Shown here: in pieces, positions 48,901 to 63,100 of the stretch
How the letters are laid out: every line of letters starts with the position of its first letter
Position numbering within the stretch: the stretch's first letter is position 1
Assembly (NCBI GenBank): GCA_964016885.1
Contig: OZ024744.1
Location: 126,046,001 to 126,110,000, forward strand
Length of the DNA: 64,000 nucleotides
Source: Eledone cirrhosa
Taxonomy: Eukaryota
Direction of reading: 5' to 3'
Translations under genes and position numbers: made by a program
The notes under the pieces: model-generated
What the model saw: only the letters and a program-made list of their open reading frames with translations
Told to the model about the DNA's origin: nothing
Database searches by the model: none

Positions 48901-51900
48901 CGAAAGAACGTTTGTCTGGAAGTTGCGATCCATGCCCGGTGGATAGTTGGTTCCGGGCTTTACTATGATTGTTGCAAAACAGAAACTTAAAGGGATTGAC
49001 AGAATTTGCGATTCCGGAGAGGGGGCGATCCGTCTGCTTGATTTCGATAACGAACGAGACATTCGTATCCGAAAGAACGTTTGTCTGGAAACTGGTGAGT
49101 CAGTGAGTCGAAAAAAAAAATATCTCGGTGGTAGTAGCAAATATTCGAACGAGACATTCGTATGCGAAAGAACGTTTGTCGGTGGTAGTAGCAAATATTC
49201 GAACGAGACATTCGTATGCGAAAGAACGTTTGTCGGTGGTAGTAGCAAATATTCGAACGAGACATTCGTATGCGAAAGAACGTTTGTCGGTGGTAGTAGC
49301 AAATATTCGAACGAGACATTCGTATGCGAAAGAACGTTTGTCTGGAAGTGGCGATCCATGCCCGGTGGATAGTTGGTTCCGGGTTTTACTATGATTGTTG
49401 CAAAACAGAAACTTAAAGGGATTGACAGAATTTGCGATTCCGGAGAGGGGGCGATCCGTCTGCTTGATTCCGATAACGAACGAGACATTCGTATCCGAAA
49501 GAACGTTTGTCTGGAAACTGGTGAGTCAGTGAGTCGAAAAAAAAATATCTCGGTGGTAGTAGCAAATATTCGAACGAGACATTCGTATGCGAAAGAACGT
49601 TTGTCTGGAAGTGGCGATCCATGCCCGGTGGATAGTTGGTTCCGGGTTTTACTATGATTGTTGCAAAACAGAAACTTAAAGGGATTGACAGAATTTGCGA
49701 TTCCGGAGAGGGGGCGATCCGTCTGCTTGATTCCGATAACGAACGAGACATTCGTATCCGAAAGAACGTTTGTCTGGAAACTGGTGAGTCAGTGAGTCGA
49801 AAAAAAAAATATCTCGGTGGTAGTAGCAAATATTCGAACGAGACATTCGTATGCGAAAGAAAAATATCTCGGTGGTAGTAGCAAATATTCGAACGAGACA
49901 TTCGTATGCGAAAGAACGTTTGTCTGGAAGTGGCGATCCATGCCCGGTGGATAGTTGGTTCCGGGTTTTACTATGATTGTTGCAAAACAGAAACTTAAAG
50001 GGATTGACAGAATTTGCGATTCCGGAGAGGGGGCGATCCGTCTGCTTGATTCCGATAACGAACGAGACATTCGTATCCGAAAGAACGTTTGTCTGGAAAC
50101 TGGTGAGTCAGTGAGTCGAAAAAAAAATATCTCGGTGGTAGTAGCAAATATTCGTATGCGAAAGAAAAGATCTCGGTGGTAGTAGCAAATATTCGAACGA
50201 GACATTCGTAGGCGAAAGAAAAATATCTCGGTGGTAGTAGCAAATATTCGAACGAGACATTCGTATTCGAAAGAACGTTTGTCTGGAAGTTGCGATCCAT
50301 GCCCGGTGGATAGTTGGTTCCGGGTTTTACTATGATTGTTGCAAAACAGAAACTTAAAGGGATTGACAGAATTTGCGATTCCGGAGAGGGGGCGATCCGT
50401 CTGCTTGATTCCGATAACGAACGAGACATTCGTATCCGAAAGAACGTTTGTCTGGAAACTGGTGAGTCAGTGAGTCGAAAAAAAAAATATCTCGGTGGTA
50501 GTAGCAAATATTCGAACGAGACATTCGTATGCGAAAGAACGTTTGTCGGTGGTAGTAGCAAATATTCGAACGAGACATTCGTATGCGAAAGAACGTTTGT
50601 CGGTGGTAGTAGCAAATATTCGAACGAGACATTCGTATGCGAAAGAACGTTTGTCTGGAAGTGGCGATCCATGCCCGGTGGATAGTTGGTTCCGGGTTTT
50701 ACTATGATTGTTGCAAAACAGAAACTTAAAGGGATTGACAGAATTTGCGATTCCGGAGAGAGGGCGATCCGTCTGCTTGATTCCGATAACGAACGAGACA
50801 TTCGTATCCGAGAGAACGTTTGTCTGGAAACTGGTGAGTCAGTGAGTCGAAAAAAAAATATCTCGGTGGTAGTAGCAAATATTCGAACGAGACATTCGTA
50901 TGCGAAAGAAAAATATCTCGGTGGTAGTAGCAAATATTCGAACGAGACATTCGTATGCGAAAGAACGTTTGTCTGGAAGTTGCGATCCATGCCCTGTGGA
51001 TAGTTGGTTCCGGGTTTTACTATGATTGTTGCAAAACAGAAACTTAAAGGGATTGACAGAATTTGCGATTCCGGAGAGGGGGCGATCCGTCTGCTTGAAT
51101 CCGATAACGAACGAGACATTCGTATCCGAAAGAACGTTTGTCTGGAAACTGGTGAGTCAGTGAGTCGAAAAAAAAATATCTCGGTGGTAGTAGCAAATAT
51201 TCGTATGCGAAAGAAAAGATCTCGGTGGTAGTAGCAAATATTCGAACGAGACATTCGTAGGCGAAAGAAAAATATCTCGGTGGTAGTAGCAAATATTCGA
51301 ACGAGACATTCGTATGCGAAAGAACGTTTGTCTGGAAGTGGCGATCCATGCCCGGTGGATAGTTGGTTCCGGGTTTTACTATGATTGTTGCAAAACAGAA
51401 ACTTAAAGGGATTGACAGAATTTGCGATTCCAGAGAGAGGGCGATCCGTCTGCTTGATTCCGATAACGAACGAGACATTCGTATCCGAAAGAACGTTTGT
51501 CTGGAAACTGGTGAGTCAGTGAGTCGAAAAAAAAATATCTCGGTGGTAGTAGCAAATATTCGAACGAGACATTCGTATGCGAAAGAACGTTTGTCTGGAA
51601 GTGGCGATCCATGCTCGGTGGATAGTTGGTTCCGGGTTTTACTATGATTGTTGCAAAACAGAAACTTAAAGGGATTGACAGAATTTGCGATTCCGGAGAG
51701 GGGGCGATCCGTCTGCTTGATTCCGATAACGAACGAGACATTCGTATCCGAAAGAACGTTTGTCTGGAAACTGGTGAGTCAGTGAGTCGAAAAAAAAAAT
51801 ATCTCGGTGGTAGTAGCAAATATTCGAACGAGACATTCGTATGCGAAAGAACGTTTGTCGGTGGTAGTAGCAAATATTCGTATGCGAAAGAAAAGATCTC

Positions 51901-52100
51901 GGTGGTAGTAGCAAATATTCGAACGAGACATTCGTATGCGAAAGAAAAATATCTCGGTGGTAGTAGCAAATATTCGAACGAGACATTCGTATTCGAAAGA
52001 ACGTTTGTCTGGAAGTTGCGATCCATGCCCGGTGGATAGTTGGTTCCGGGCTTTACTATGATTGTTGCAAAACAGAAACTTAAAGGAATTGACAGAATTT
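45968..52100 (+). repeat. rRNA-derived mosaic satellite, copy 2
   Basis: Same monomer order and lengths as 1028-7160. Confidence 0.93.
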
Positions 52101-52480
52101 TCGAATCGACATCAACTCGGCTACGGCTATCCCGTCGAGTACGAGAGTATCGCGGGATCAGAGCAACGGTTTGCTAGGCTGCCTCTGAGCGATAACGGCT
52201 GAACGCCTCCTCTAAGCCGGAACCCTAGCCGGACCCGAGTTGTTTTTCGACAAGCGTCTCGACCTTCTTAAGGCCCATGCCTTAGTTTGGCGACTGCCGT
52301 CCGTTCGCCGACGGCGGCAGCGTCAGCGGAAATGCCATTCTGTGACGACTACGACGATTCGTCGTCGTCGTCGTCCATTCGATTTCCTGAAAGAGATAGA
52401 GACTAAAGTGATCAAATTGTTCGGAGTTACGTGCTTAGTAGAGCAGCTACCACACTGCAATCTATTGAGAGTTTTCTGAC
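52101..52480 (+). pseudogene. 28S rRNA 3'-terminal remnant, copy 2
   Basis: Same as 7161-7540. Confidence 0.85.
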
Positions 52481-53907
52481 GAACGATACAATCCGCCCAC
52501 GTGGCGCCAGAAAGGGAGAAGAAAAGAAAAGTTAGACGCCGCCGATCGATCGGTTCGTTGTTTTACGTGTACACAGCTTGTGTGTGTGTCTGTATGTGAT
52601 ACAAGCCGCCTATCCGTCTTCCAAGTAAGTTTTGTGTGTAGACTGCGGAAAGAAATCCAATCCGCCGTCTAGGCGGTTCTGCCGCCGACCCATACTTTTG
52701 CGAGTCGCTCCCGGGAAAGACAGGCGGCAAGACGGCGTGTATACACGACGCCTTCCGTCTTCCGCCTCGAACCCGGCAAACGTTCCTTTATTCGTCCACG
52801 CCTTCCCGCTTCGATCGCGAGAAAGTAATCAATCTGTTTTGTGTGTGTGTCTGTGTGTGATACAAATTTGTTTTCTTAATTTGATAACCATGAATTGTTT
52901 CAACACCGGCCCTTTTAAGGGCCACTTATATTTTCAATAATCAGTTTAAATGGGTTGCACCGTAGCCACTTGGTAATACACTGCAAATCTCCCGTCAATC
53001 TATGAAGGTTTTGTAGTAGATTAGATCAAAACACAATCAGCAAGACAGTAATGGAATGAATAATATAAACATTTGTTTATAATTAAAGCCTTAAGATGTC
53101 CCTCCCTCCCTCCCTTCCTTCCTTCCTTCCTTCCTTCCTTCCTTCCTTCCTTACGATATACACTTTAATAACATTGAAACTTATTTAATAAGTTTAAATT
53201 TTAAACACTTTTTATTCAGACGTACCGCGAAAAGTAACTAGATATGTTCTAACGAATAATCCGCGATGTGGCGAGGATTACCGCGATAGGAAATTAGATA
53301 CGTTCCAAAGAAATATCCGCGAAAAGTGAACCGCGATATAGCGGGTTCACCAGCCAGTGTATTACTGGTACTTTATTTTATCGACCCCCATAAGGATGAA
53401 AGGCAAAGTTAACTGTGCAATAACAAAGGGAGATAACCTCGTCTTTTTTTTTTTACGGAGTTATTTCCCTTTAAATTTTATCTATTACTTATGATGATAC
53501 AATTTAATCAGTTCTTAGCTGTCGAGACACTGCATCCTTTAAAACCTCCATGGAACAAGCTACCTGCAACAGTTGTTAGCTGTCGAGACACTGCATCTTT
53601 TAAAACCTCCATGGAACAAACTACCTGCATCAGTTGTTAGGGTTTGAGTTCAAATCACGCCGAGGAGGTTAACTTTGCCTTTCATCCTTACGGGGTCGGT
53701 CGGAAAACGAACCATTCCCGGTTCGCTTTCGAAGCGGGTTTCCGAAAACAGCGCTTCTCTCGACCGGGCCCGTCGTCCGCTCGGCGGTGGTTTTCATCGT
53801 CCCAGGCACGGCTAACAGGCGGAGACGGGACAAACGCGCGTGTTCCTTTTTTTATCAGCCGCAGCGCCGTTCGTATATATGCTTAGGTTGTTTTTTTTTT
53901 AAATATC

Positions 53908-54138
53908 CTAAGTTAAGTTGGGGCTAAGTTAAGTTGGGGCTAAGTTAAGTTGAGGTTAAGTTGAGTTGGGGTTAAGTTAAGTGGGGGTTAAGTTAAGCTG
54001 GGGTTAAGTTAAGTTGAGGTTAAGTTAAGTTGGGGTTAAGTCAAGTTGGGGTTAAGTTAAGTTGGGGTTAAGTTAGGTTGGGGTTAAGTTAGGTTGGGGT
54101 TAAGTTAAGTTGGGGTTAAGTTAGGTTGCGGTTAAGTT
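53908..54138 (+). repeat. 15-bp G-rich telomere-like repeat, copy 2
   Basis: Same as 8968-9198. Confidence 0.9.
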
Positions 54139-57100
54139 ACATTCGCCGCCGGACTTCAGCTTCCTCATTTAGCATGGGCAGTTTTTCTTGAAAATCACAC
54201 CACACACAGCAAATGTGTGTCCGCACATGTACCAGTAATTACAGATCGATTCCGGTGAAAATTCACTGAAAACGGGCCATCCGGCCCTGTGCGTCGATCG
54301 TGGGCCGGCCGGATGTTGACGGATCGATGTGTAATTAGAAGTACATGTGCGGACACTCATTGGCTGTGCGTGGTATGCATTTCAGCAAGATATCTCCGTA
54401 ACATCAAGAGTTGTGGCTGTGGAGGCACACCTAGTCAAACGTAAACAAGGTCTGGAGCGTTTACGCTTCGCGATTTTGTTTACGTTTGACTAGGTGTGCC
54501 TCCACAGCCATAACTCTTGATGTTACGGAGATATCTTGCTGAAATGCATACCGCGCACAGCCAATGAGTGTCCGCACATGTACTTCTAATTACACATCGA
54601 TCCGTCAACATCCGGCCGGCCCACGATCGACGCACAGGGCCGGATGGCCCGTTTTCAGTGAATTTTCACCGGAATCGATCTGTAATTACTGGTACATGTG
54701 CGGAGACACATTTGCTGTGTGTGGTGTGATTTTCAAGAAAAACTGCCCATGCTAAATGAGGAAGCTGAAGTCCGCCGGCGAATGGTGTGCTTCGAAGAAA
54801 ACTAATTCGAAAATGACCGTTTGCAGGCGGAGTAACCTTTTCGATCGTGGGCCAGCCGCCCGTGGTGGGATCCATCTGTAATTACTGGTACATGTGCGGA
54901 CATACATTTGCTGTGTGTGGTGTGATTTTCAAGAAGAACTGCCCATGCTAAATGAGGAAGCTGAAGTCCGCCGGCGAATGGTGTGCTTCGAAGAAAACTA
55001 ATTCGAAAATGACCGTTTGCAGGCGGGGTAACCTTTTCGATCGTGGGCCAGCCGCCCGTGGTGGGATCCATCTGTAATTACTGGTACATGTGCGGACACA
55101 CATTTGCTGTGTGTGGTGTGATTTTCGAGAAAGACTGCCCATGCTAAATGAGGAAGCTGAAGTCCGCCGGCGAATGGTGTGCTTCGAAGAAAACTAATTC
55201 GAAAATGACTATTTGCCGGCGGAATCACCTTTTCGGTCCTGGTCCGGCCGGATCTTGCCGGATCGATCGGAAATTTGTGGACCATGTTCGGAAGGCCATT
55301 GTGCATGTGTGGTGAAAAAAATTTGTGTCGAAATCTTCTCGGAAAATAACGGATCGCCGGCGGAGATTGCCATTTCGATCGTGGGCCGGCCGGATCTTGT
55401 CGGATCGATTCGGACATATGTGCATCGTGTTCGCAAGGCCCTTGTCTATGTGTGGTGTGATTTTCATAAAGAAATTCCGAAAAACCCAGTTTTAAATCTG
55501 ATTTCGCCAAAGAATTTTGGCTATCAGATCGGGTTGAAAGGTATGGTTTCAGGTCGATCTGAAAGTCTAAAATGGAATTCACTCGGTTAGCTAACTATTG
55601 ATATATCGGAGATATCTTTCTGAAAATCACACCACACACTCCCAATGAGTGTCTGCACATGTACCAGTAATTACAGATGGATCCCACCACGAGCGGCCGG
55701 CCCACGATCGAAAAGGTTACTCCGAAGCACACCATTCGCCGGCGGAATTCATTTAGCATGGGCAGTTTTTCTCGAAAATCACACCACACACAGCCAATGA
55801 GTGTCCGCACATGTACCAGTAATTACAGATGGATCCCACCACGGGCGGCTGGCCCACGATCGAAAAGGTTACTCCGCCTGCAAACGGTCATTTTCGAATT
55901 CGTTTTCTTCGAAGCACACGATTCGCCGGCGGACTTCAGCTGCCTCATTTAGCATGGGCAGTTTTTCTCGAAAATCACACCACACACAGCAAATGTGTGT
56001 CCGCACATGTACCAGTAATTACAGATCGATTCCGGTGAAAATTCACTGAAAACGGGCCATTCGGCCCTGTGCGTCGATCGTGGGCCGGCCGGATGTTGAC
56101 GGATCGATGTGTAATTAGAAGTACATGTGCGGACACTCATTGGCTGTGCGTGGTATGCATTTCAGCAAGATATCTCCGTAACATCAAGAGTTATGGCTGT
56201 GGAGGCACACCTAGTCAAACGTAAACAAGCTCTGGAGCGTATACGCTTCGCGATTTTGTTTACGTTTGACTAGGTGTGCCTCCACAGCCACAACTCTTGA
56301 TGTTACGGAGATATCTTGCTGAAATGCATACCACGCACAGCCAATGAGTGTCCGCACATGTACTTCTAATTACACATCGATCCGTCAACATCCGGCCGGC
56401 CCACGATCGACGCACAGGGCCGGATGGCCCGTTTTCAGTGAATTTTCACCGGAATCGATCTGTAATTACTGGTACATGTGCGGACACACATTTGCTGTGT
56501 GTGGTGTGATTTTCACGAAAAACTGCCCATGCTAAATGAGGAAGCTGAAGTCCGCCGGCGAATGGTGTGCTTCGAAGAAAACTAATTCGAAAATGACCGT
56601 TTGCAGGCGGAGTAACCTTTTCGATCGTGGGCCAGCCGCCCGTGGTGGGATACATCTGTAATTACTGGTACATGTGCGGACACACATTTGCTGTGTGTGG
56701 TGTGATTTTCGAGAAAGACTGCCCATGCTAAATGAGGAAGCTGAAGTCCGCCGGCGAATGGTGTGCTTCGAAGAAAACTAATTCGAAAATGACTATTTGC
56801 CGGCGGAATCACCTTTTCGGTCCTGGTCCGGCCGGATCTTGCCGGATCGATCGGAAATTTGTGGACCATGTTCGGAAGGCCATTGTGCATGTGTGGTGAA
56901 AAAAATTTGTGTCGAAATCTTCTCGGAAAATAACGGATCGCCGGCGGAGATTGCCATTTCGATCGTGGGCCGGCCGGATCTTGTCGGATCGATTCGGACA
57001 TATGTGCATCGTGTTCGCAAGGCCCTTGTCTATGTGTGGTGTGATTTTCATAAAGAAATTCCGAAAAACCCAGTTTTAAATCTGATTTCGCCAAAGAATT

Positions 57101-60100
57101 TTGGCTATCAGATCGGGTTGAAAGGTATGGTTTCAGGTCGATCTGAAAGTCTAAAATGGAATTCACTCGGTTAGCTAACTATTGATATATCGGAGATATC
57201 TTTCTGAAAATCACACCACACACTCCCAATGAGTGTCTGCACATGTACCAGTAATTACAGATGGATCCCACCACGGGCGGCCGGCCCACGATCGAAAAGG
57301 TTACTCCGAAGCACACCATTCGCCGGCGGAATTCATTTAGCATGGGCAGTTTTTCTCGAAAATCACACCACACACAGCCAATGAGTGTCCGCACATGTAC
57401 CAGTAATTACAGATGGATCCCACCACGGGCGGCTGGCCCACGATCGAAAAGGTTACTCCGCCTGCAAACGGTCATTTTCGAATTCGTTTTCTTCGAAGCA
57501 CACGATTCGCCGGCGGACTTCAGCTGCCTCATTTAGCATGGGCAGTTTTTCTCGAAAATCACACCACACACAGCAAATGTGTGTCCGCACATGTACCAGT
57601 AATTACAGATCGATTCCGGTGAAAATTCACTGAAAACGGGCCATTCGGCCCTGTGCGTCGATCGTGGGCCGGCCGGATGTTGACGGATCGATGTGTAATT
57701 AGAAGTACATGTGCGGACACTCATTGGCTGTGCGTGGTATGCATTTCAGCAAGATATCTCCGTAACATCAAGAGTTATGGCTGTGGAGGCACACCTAGTC
57801 AAACGTAAACAAGCTCTGGAGCGTATACGCTTCGCGATTTTGTTTACGTTTGACTAGGTGTGCCTCCACAGCCACAACTCTTGATGTTACGGAGATATCT
57901 TGCTGAAATGCATACCACGCACAGCCAATGAGTGTCCGCACATGTACTTCTAATTACACATCGATCCGTCAACATCCGGCCGGCCCACGATCGACGCACA
58001 GGGCCGGATGGCCCGTTTTCAGTGAATTTTCACCGGAATCGATCTGTAATTACTGGTACATGTGCGGACACACATTTGCTGTGTGTGGTGTGATTTTCAC
58101 GAAAAACTGCCCATGCTAAATGAGGAAGCTGAAGTCCGCCGGCGAATGGTGTGCTTCGAAGAAAACTAATTCGAAAATGACCGTTTGCAGGCGGGGTAAC
58201 CTTTTCGATCGTGGGCCAGCCGCCCGTGGTGGGATACATCTGTAATTACTGGTACATGTGCGGACACACATTTGCTGTGTGTGGTGTGATTTTCGAGAAA
58301 GACTGCCCATGCTAAATGAGGAAGCTGAAGTCCGCCGGCGAATGGTGTGCTTCGAAGAAAACTAATTCGAAAATGACTATTTGCCGGCGGAATCACCTTT
58401 TCGGTCCTGGTCCGGCCGGATCTTGCCGGATCGTTCGGAAATTTGTGGACCATGTTCGGAAGGCCATTGTGCATGTGTGGTGAAAAAAATTTGTGTCGAA
58501 ATCTTCTCGGAAAATAACGGATCGCCGGCGGAGATTGCCATTTCGATCGTGGGCCGGCCGGATCTTGTCGGATCGATTCGGACATATGTGCATCGTGTTC
58601 GCAAGGCCCTTGTCTATGTGTGGTGTGATTTTCATAAAGAAATTCCGAAAAACCCAGTTTTAAATCTGATTTCGCCAAAGAATTTTGGCTATCAGATCGG
58701 GTTGAAAGGTATGGTTTCAGGTCGATCTGAAAGTCTAAAATGGAATTCACTCGGTTAGCTAACTATTGATATATCGGAGATATCTTTCTGAAAATCACAC
58801 CACACACTCCCAATGAGTGTCTGCACATGTACCAGTAATTACAGATGGATCCCACCACGGGCGGCCGGCCCACGATTGAAAAGGTTACTCCGAAGCACAC
58901 CATTCGCCGGCGGAATTCATTTAGCATGGGCAGTGTTTCTCGAAAATCACACCACACACAGCCAATGAGTGTCCGCACATGTACCAGTAATTACAGATGG
59001 ATCCCACCACGGGCGGCTGGCCCACGATCGAAAAGGTTACTCCGCCTGCAAACGGTCATTTTCGAATTCGTTTTCTTCGAAGCACACGATTCGCCGGCGG
59101 ACTTCAGCTGCCTCATTTAGCATGGGCAGTTTTTCTCGAAAATCACACCACACACAGCAAATGTGTGTCCGCACATGTACCAGTAATTACAGATCGATTC
59201 CGGTGAAAATTCACTGAAAACGGGCCATTCGGCCCTGTGCGTCGATCGTGGGCCGGCCGGATGTTGACGGATCGATGTGTAATTAGAAGTACATGTGCGG
59301 ACACTCATTGGCTGTGCGTGGTATGCATTTCAGCAAGATATCTCCGTAACATCAAGAGTTATGGCTGTGGAGGCACACCTAGTCAAACGTAAACAAGCTC
59401 TGGAGCGTATACGCTTCGCGATTTTGTTTACGTTTGACTAGGTGTGCCTCCACAGCCACAACTCTTGATGTTACAGAGATATCTTGCTGAAATGCATACC
59501 ACGCACAGCCAATGAGTGTCCGCACATGTACTTCTAATTACACATCGATCCGTCAACATCCGGCCGGCCCACGATCGACGCACAGGGCCGGATGGCCCGT
59601 TTGCAGTGAATTTTCACGGGAATCGATCTGTAATTACTGGTACATGTGCGGACACACATTTGCTGTGTGTGGTGTGATTTTCACGAAAAACTGCCCATGC
59701 TAAATGACGAAGCTGAAGTCCGCCGGCGAATGGTGTGCTTCGAAGAAAACTAATTCGAAAATGACCGTTTGCAGGCGGAGTAACCTTTTCGATCGTGGGC
59801 CAGCCGCCCGTGGTGGGATCCATCTGTAATTACTGGTACATGTGCGGACATACATTTGCTGTGTGTGGTGTGATTTTCAAGAAGAACTGCCCATGCTAAA
59901 TGAGGAAGCTGAAGTCCGCCGGCGAATGGTGTGCTTCGAAGAAAACTAATTCGAAAATGACCGTTTGCAGGCGGGGTAACCTTTTCGATCGTGGGCCAGC
60001 CGCCCGTGGTGGGATCCATCTGTAATTACTGGTACATGTGCGGACACACATTTGCTGTGTGTGGTGTGATTTTCGAGAAAGACTGCCCATGCTAAATGAG

Positions 60101-63100
60101 GAAGCTGAAGTCCGCCGGCGAATGGTGTGCTTCGAAGAAAACTAATTCGAAAATGACTATTTGCCGGCGGAATCACCTTTTCGGTCCTGGTCCGGCCGGA
60201 TCTTGCCGGATCGATCGGAAATTTGTGGACCATGTTCGGAAGGCCATTGTGCATGTGTGGTGAAAAAAATTTGTGTCGAAATCTTCTCGGAAAATAACGG
60301 ATCGCCGGCGGAGATTGCCATTTCGATCGTGGGCCGGCCGGATCTTGTCGGATCGATTCGGACATATGTGCATCGTGTTCGCAAGGCCCTTGTCTATGTG
60401 TGGTGTGATTTTCATAAAGAAATTCCGAAAAACCCAGTTTTAAATCTGATTTCGCCAAAGAATTTTGGCTATCAGATCGGGTTGAAAGGTATGGTTTCAG
60501 GTCGATCTGAAAGTCTAAAATGGAATTCACTCGGTTAGCTAACTATTGATATATCGGAGATATCTTTCTGAAAATCACACCACACACTCCCAATGAGTGT
60601 CTGCACATGTACCAGTAATTACAGATGGATCCCACCACGGGCGGCCGGCCCACGATCGAAAAGGTTACTCCGAAGCACACCATTCGCCGGCGGAATTCAT
60701 TTAGCATGGGCAGTTTTTCTCGAAAATCACACCACACACAGCCAATGAGTGTCCGCACATGTACCAGTAATTACAGATGGATCCCACCACGGGCGGCTGG
60801 CCCACGATCGAAAAGGTTACTCCGCCTGCAAACGGTCATTTTCGAATTCGTTTTCTTCGAAGCACACGATTCGCCGGCGGACTTCAGCTGCCTCATTTAG
60901 CATGGGCAGTTTTTCTCGAAAATCACACCACACACAGCAAATGTGTGTCCGCACATGTACCAGTAATTACAGATCGATTCCGGTGAAAATTCACTGAAAA
61001 CGGGCCATTCGGCCCTGTGCGTCGATCGTGGGCCGGCCGGATGTTGACGGATCGATGTGTAATTAGAAGTACATGTGCGGACACTCATTGGCTGTGCGTG
61101 GTATGCATTTCAGCAAGATATCTCCGTAACATCAAGAGTTATGGCTGTGGAGGCACACCTAGTCAAACGTAAACAAGCTCTGGAGCGTATACGCTTCGCG
61201 ATTTTGTTTACGTTTGACTAGGTGTGCCTCCACAGCCACAACTCTTGATGTTACAGAGATATCTTGCTGAAATGCATACCACGCACAGCCAATGAGTGTC
61301 CGCACATGTACTTCTAATTACACATCGATCCGTCAACATCCGGCCGGCCCACGATCGACGCACAGGGCCGGATGGCCCGTTTGCAGTGAATTTTCACGGG
61401 AATCGATCTGTAATTACTGGTACATGTGCGGACACACATTTGCTGTGTGTGGTGTGATTTTCACGAAAAACTGCCCATGCTAAATGACGAAGCTGAAGTC
61501 CGCCGGCGAATGGTGTGCTTCGAAGAAAACTAATTCGAAAATGACCGTTTGCAGGCGGAGTAACCTTTTCGATCGTGGGCCAGCCGCCCGTGGTGGGATC
61601 CATCTGTAATTACTGGTACATGTGCGGACATACATTTGCTGTGTGTGGTGTGATTTTCAAGAAGAACTGCCCATGCTAAATGAGGAAGCTGAAGTCCGCC
61701 GGCGAATGGTGTGCTTCGAAGAAAACTAATTCGAAAATGACCGTTTGCAGGCGGGGTAACCTTTTCGATCGTGGGCCAGCCGCCCGTGGTGGGATCCATC
61801 TGTAATTACTGGTACATGTGCGGACACACATTTGCTGTGTGTGGTGTGATTTTCGAGAAAGACTGCCCATGCTAAATGAGGAAGCTGAAGTCCGCCGGCG
61901 AATGGTGTGCTTCGAAGAAAACTAATTCGAAAATGACTATTTGCCGGCGGAATCACCTTTTCGGTCCTGGTCCGGCCGGATCTTGCCGGATCGATCGGAA
62001 ATTTGTGGACCATGTTCGGAAGGCCATTGTGCATGTGTGGTGAAAAAAATTTGTGTCGAAATCTTCTCGGAAAATAACGGATCGCCGGCGGAGATTGCCA
62101 TTTCGATCGTGGGCCGGCCGGATCTTGTCGGATCGATTCGGACATATGTGCATCGTGTTCGCAAGGCCCTTGTCTATGTGTGGTGTGATTTTCATAAAGA
62201 AATTCCGAAAAACCCAGTTTTAAATCTGATTTCGCCAAAGAATTTTGGCTATCAGATCGGGTTGAAAGGTATGGTTTCAGGTCGATCTGAAAGTCTAAAA
62301 TGGAATTCACTCGGTTAGCTAACTATTGATATATCGGAGATATCTTTCTGAAAATCACACCACACACTCCCAATGAGTGTCTGCACATGTACCAGTAATT
62401 ACAGATGGATCCCACCACGGGCGGCCGGCCCACGATCGAAAAGGTTACTCCGAAGCACACCATTCGCCGGCGGAATTCATTTAGCATGGGCAGTTTTTCT
62501 CGAAAATCACACCACACACAGCCAATGAGTGTCCGCACATGTACCAGTAATTACAGATGGATCCCACCACGGGCGGCTGGCCCACGATCGAAAAGGTTAC
62601 TCCGCCTGCAAACGGTCATTTTCGAATTCGTTTTCTTCGAAGCACACGATTCGCCGGCGGACTTCAGCTGCCTCATTTAGCATGGGCAGTTTTTCTCGAA
62701 AATCACACCACACACAGCAAATGTGTGTCCGCACATGTACCAGTAATTACAGATCGATTCCGGTGAAAATTCACTGAAAACGGGCCATTCGGCCCTGTGC
62801 GTCGATCGTGGGCCGGCCGGATGTTGACGGATCGATGTGTAATTAGAAGTACATGTGCGGACACTCATTGGCTGTGCGTGGTATGCATTTCAGCAAGATA
62901 TCTCCGTAACATCAAGAGTTATGGCTGTGGAGGCACACCTAGTCAAACGTAAACAAGCTCTGGAGCGTATACGCTTCGCGATTTTGTTTACGTTTGACTA
63001 GGTGTGCCTCCACAGCCACAACTCTTGATGTTACAGAGATATCTTGCTGAAATGCATACCACGCACAGCCAATGAGTGTCCGCACATGTACTTCTAATTA

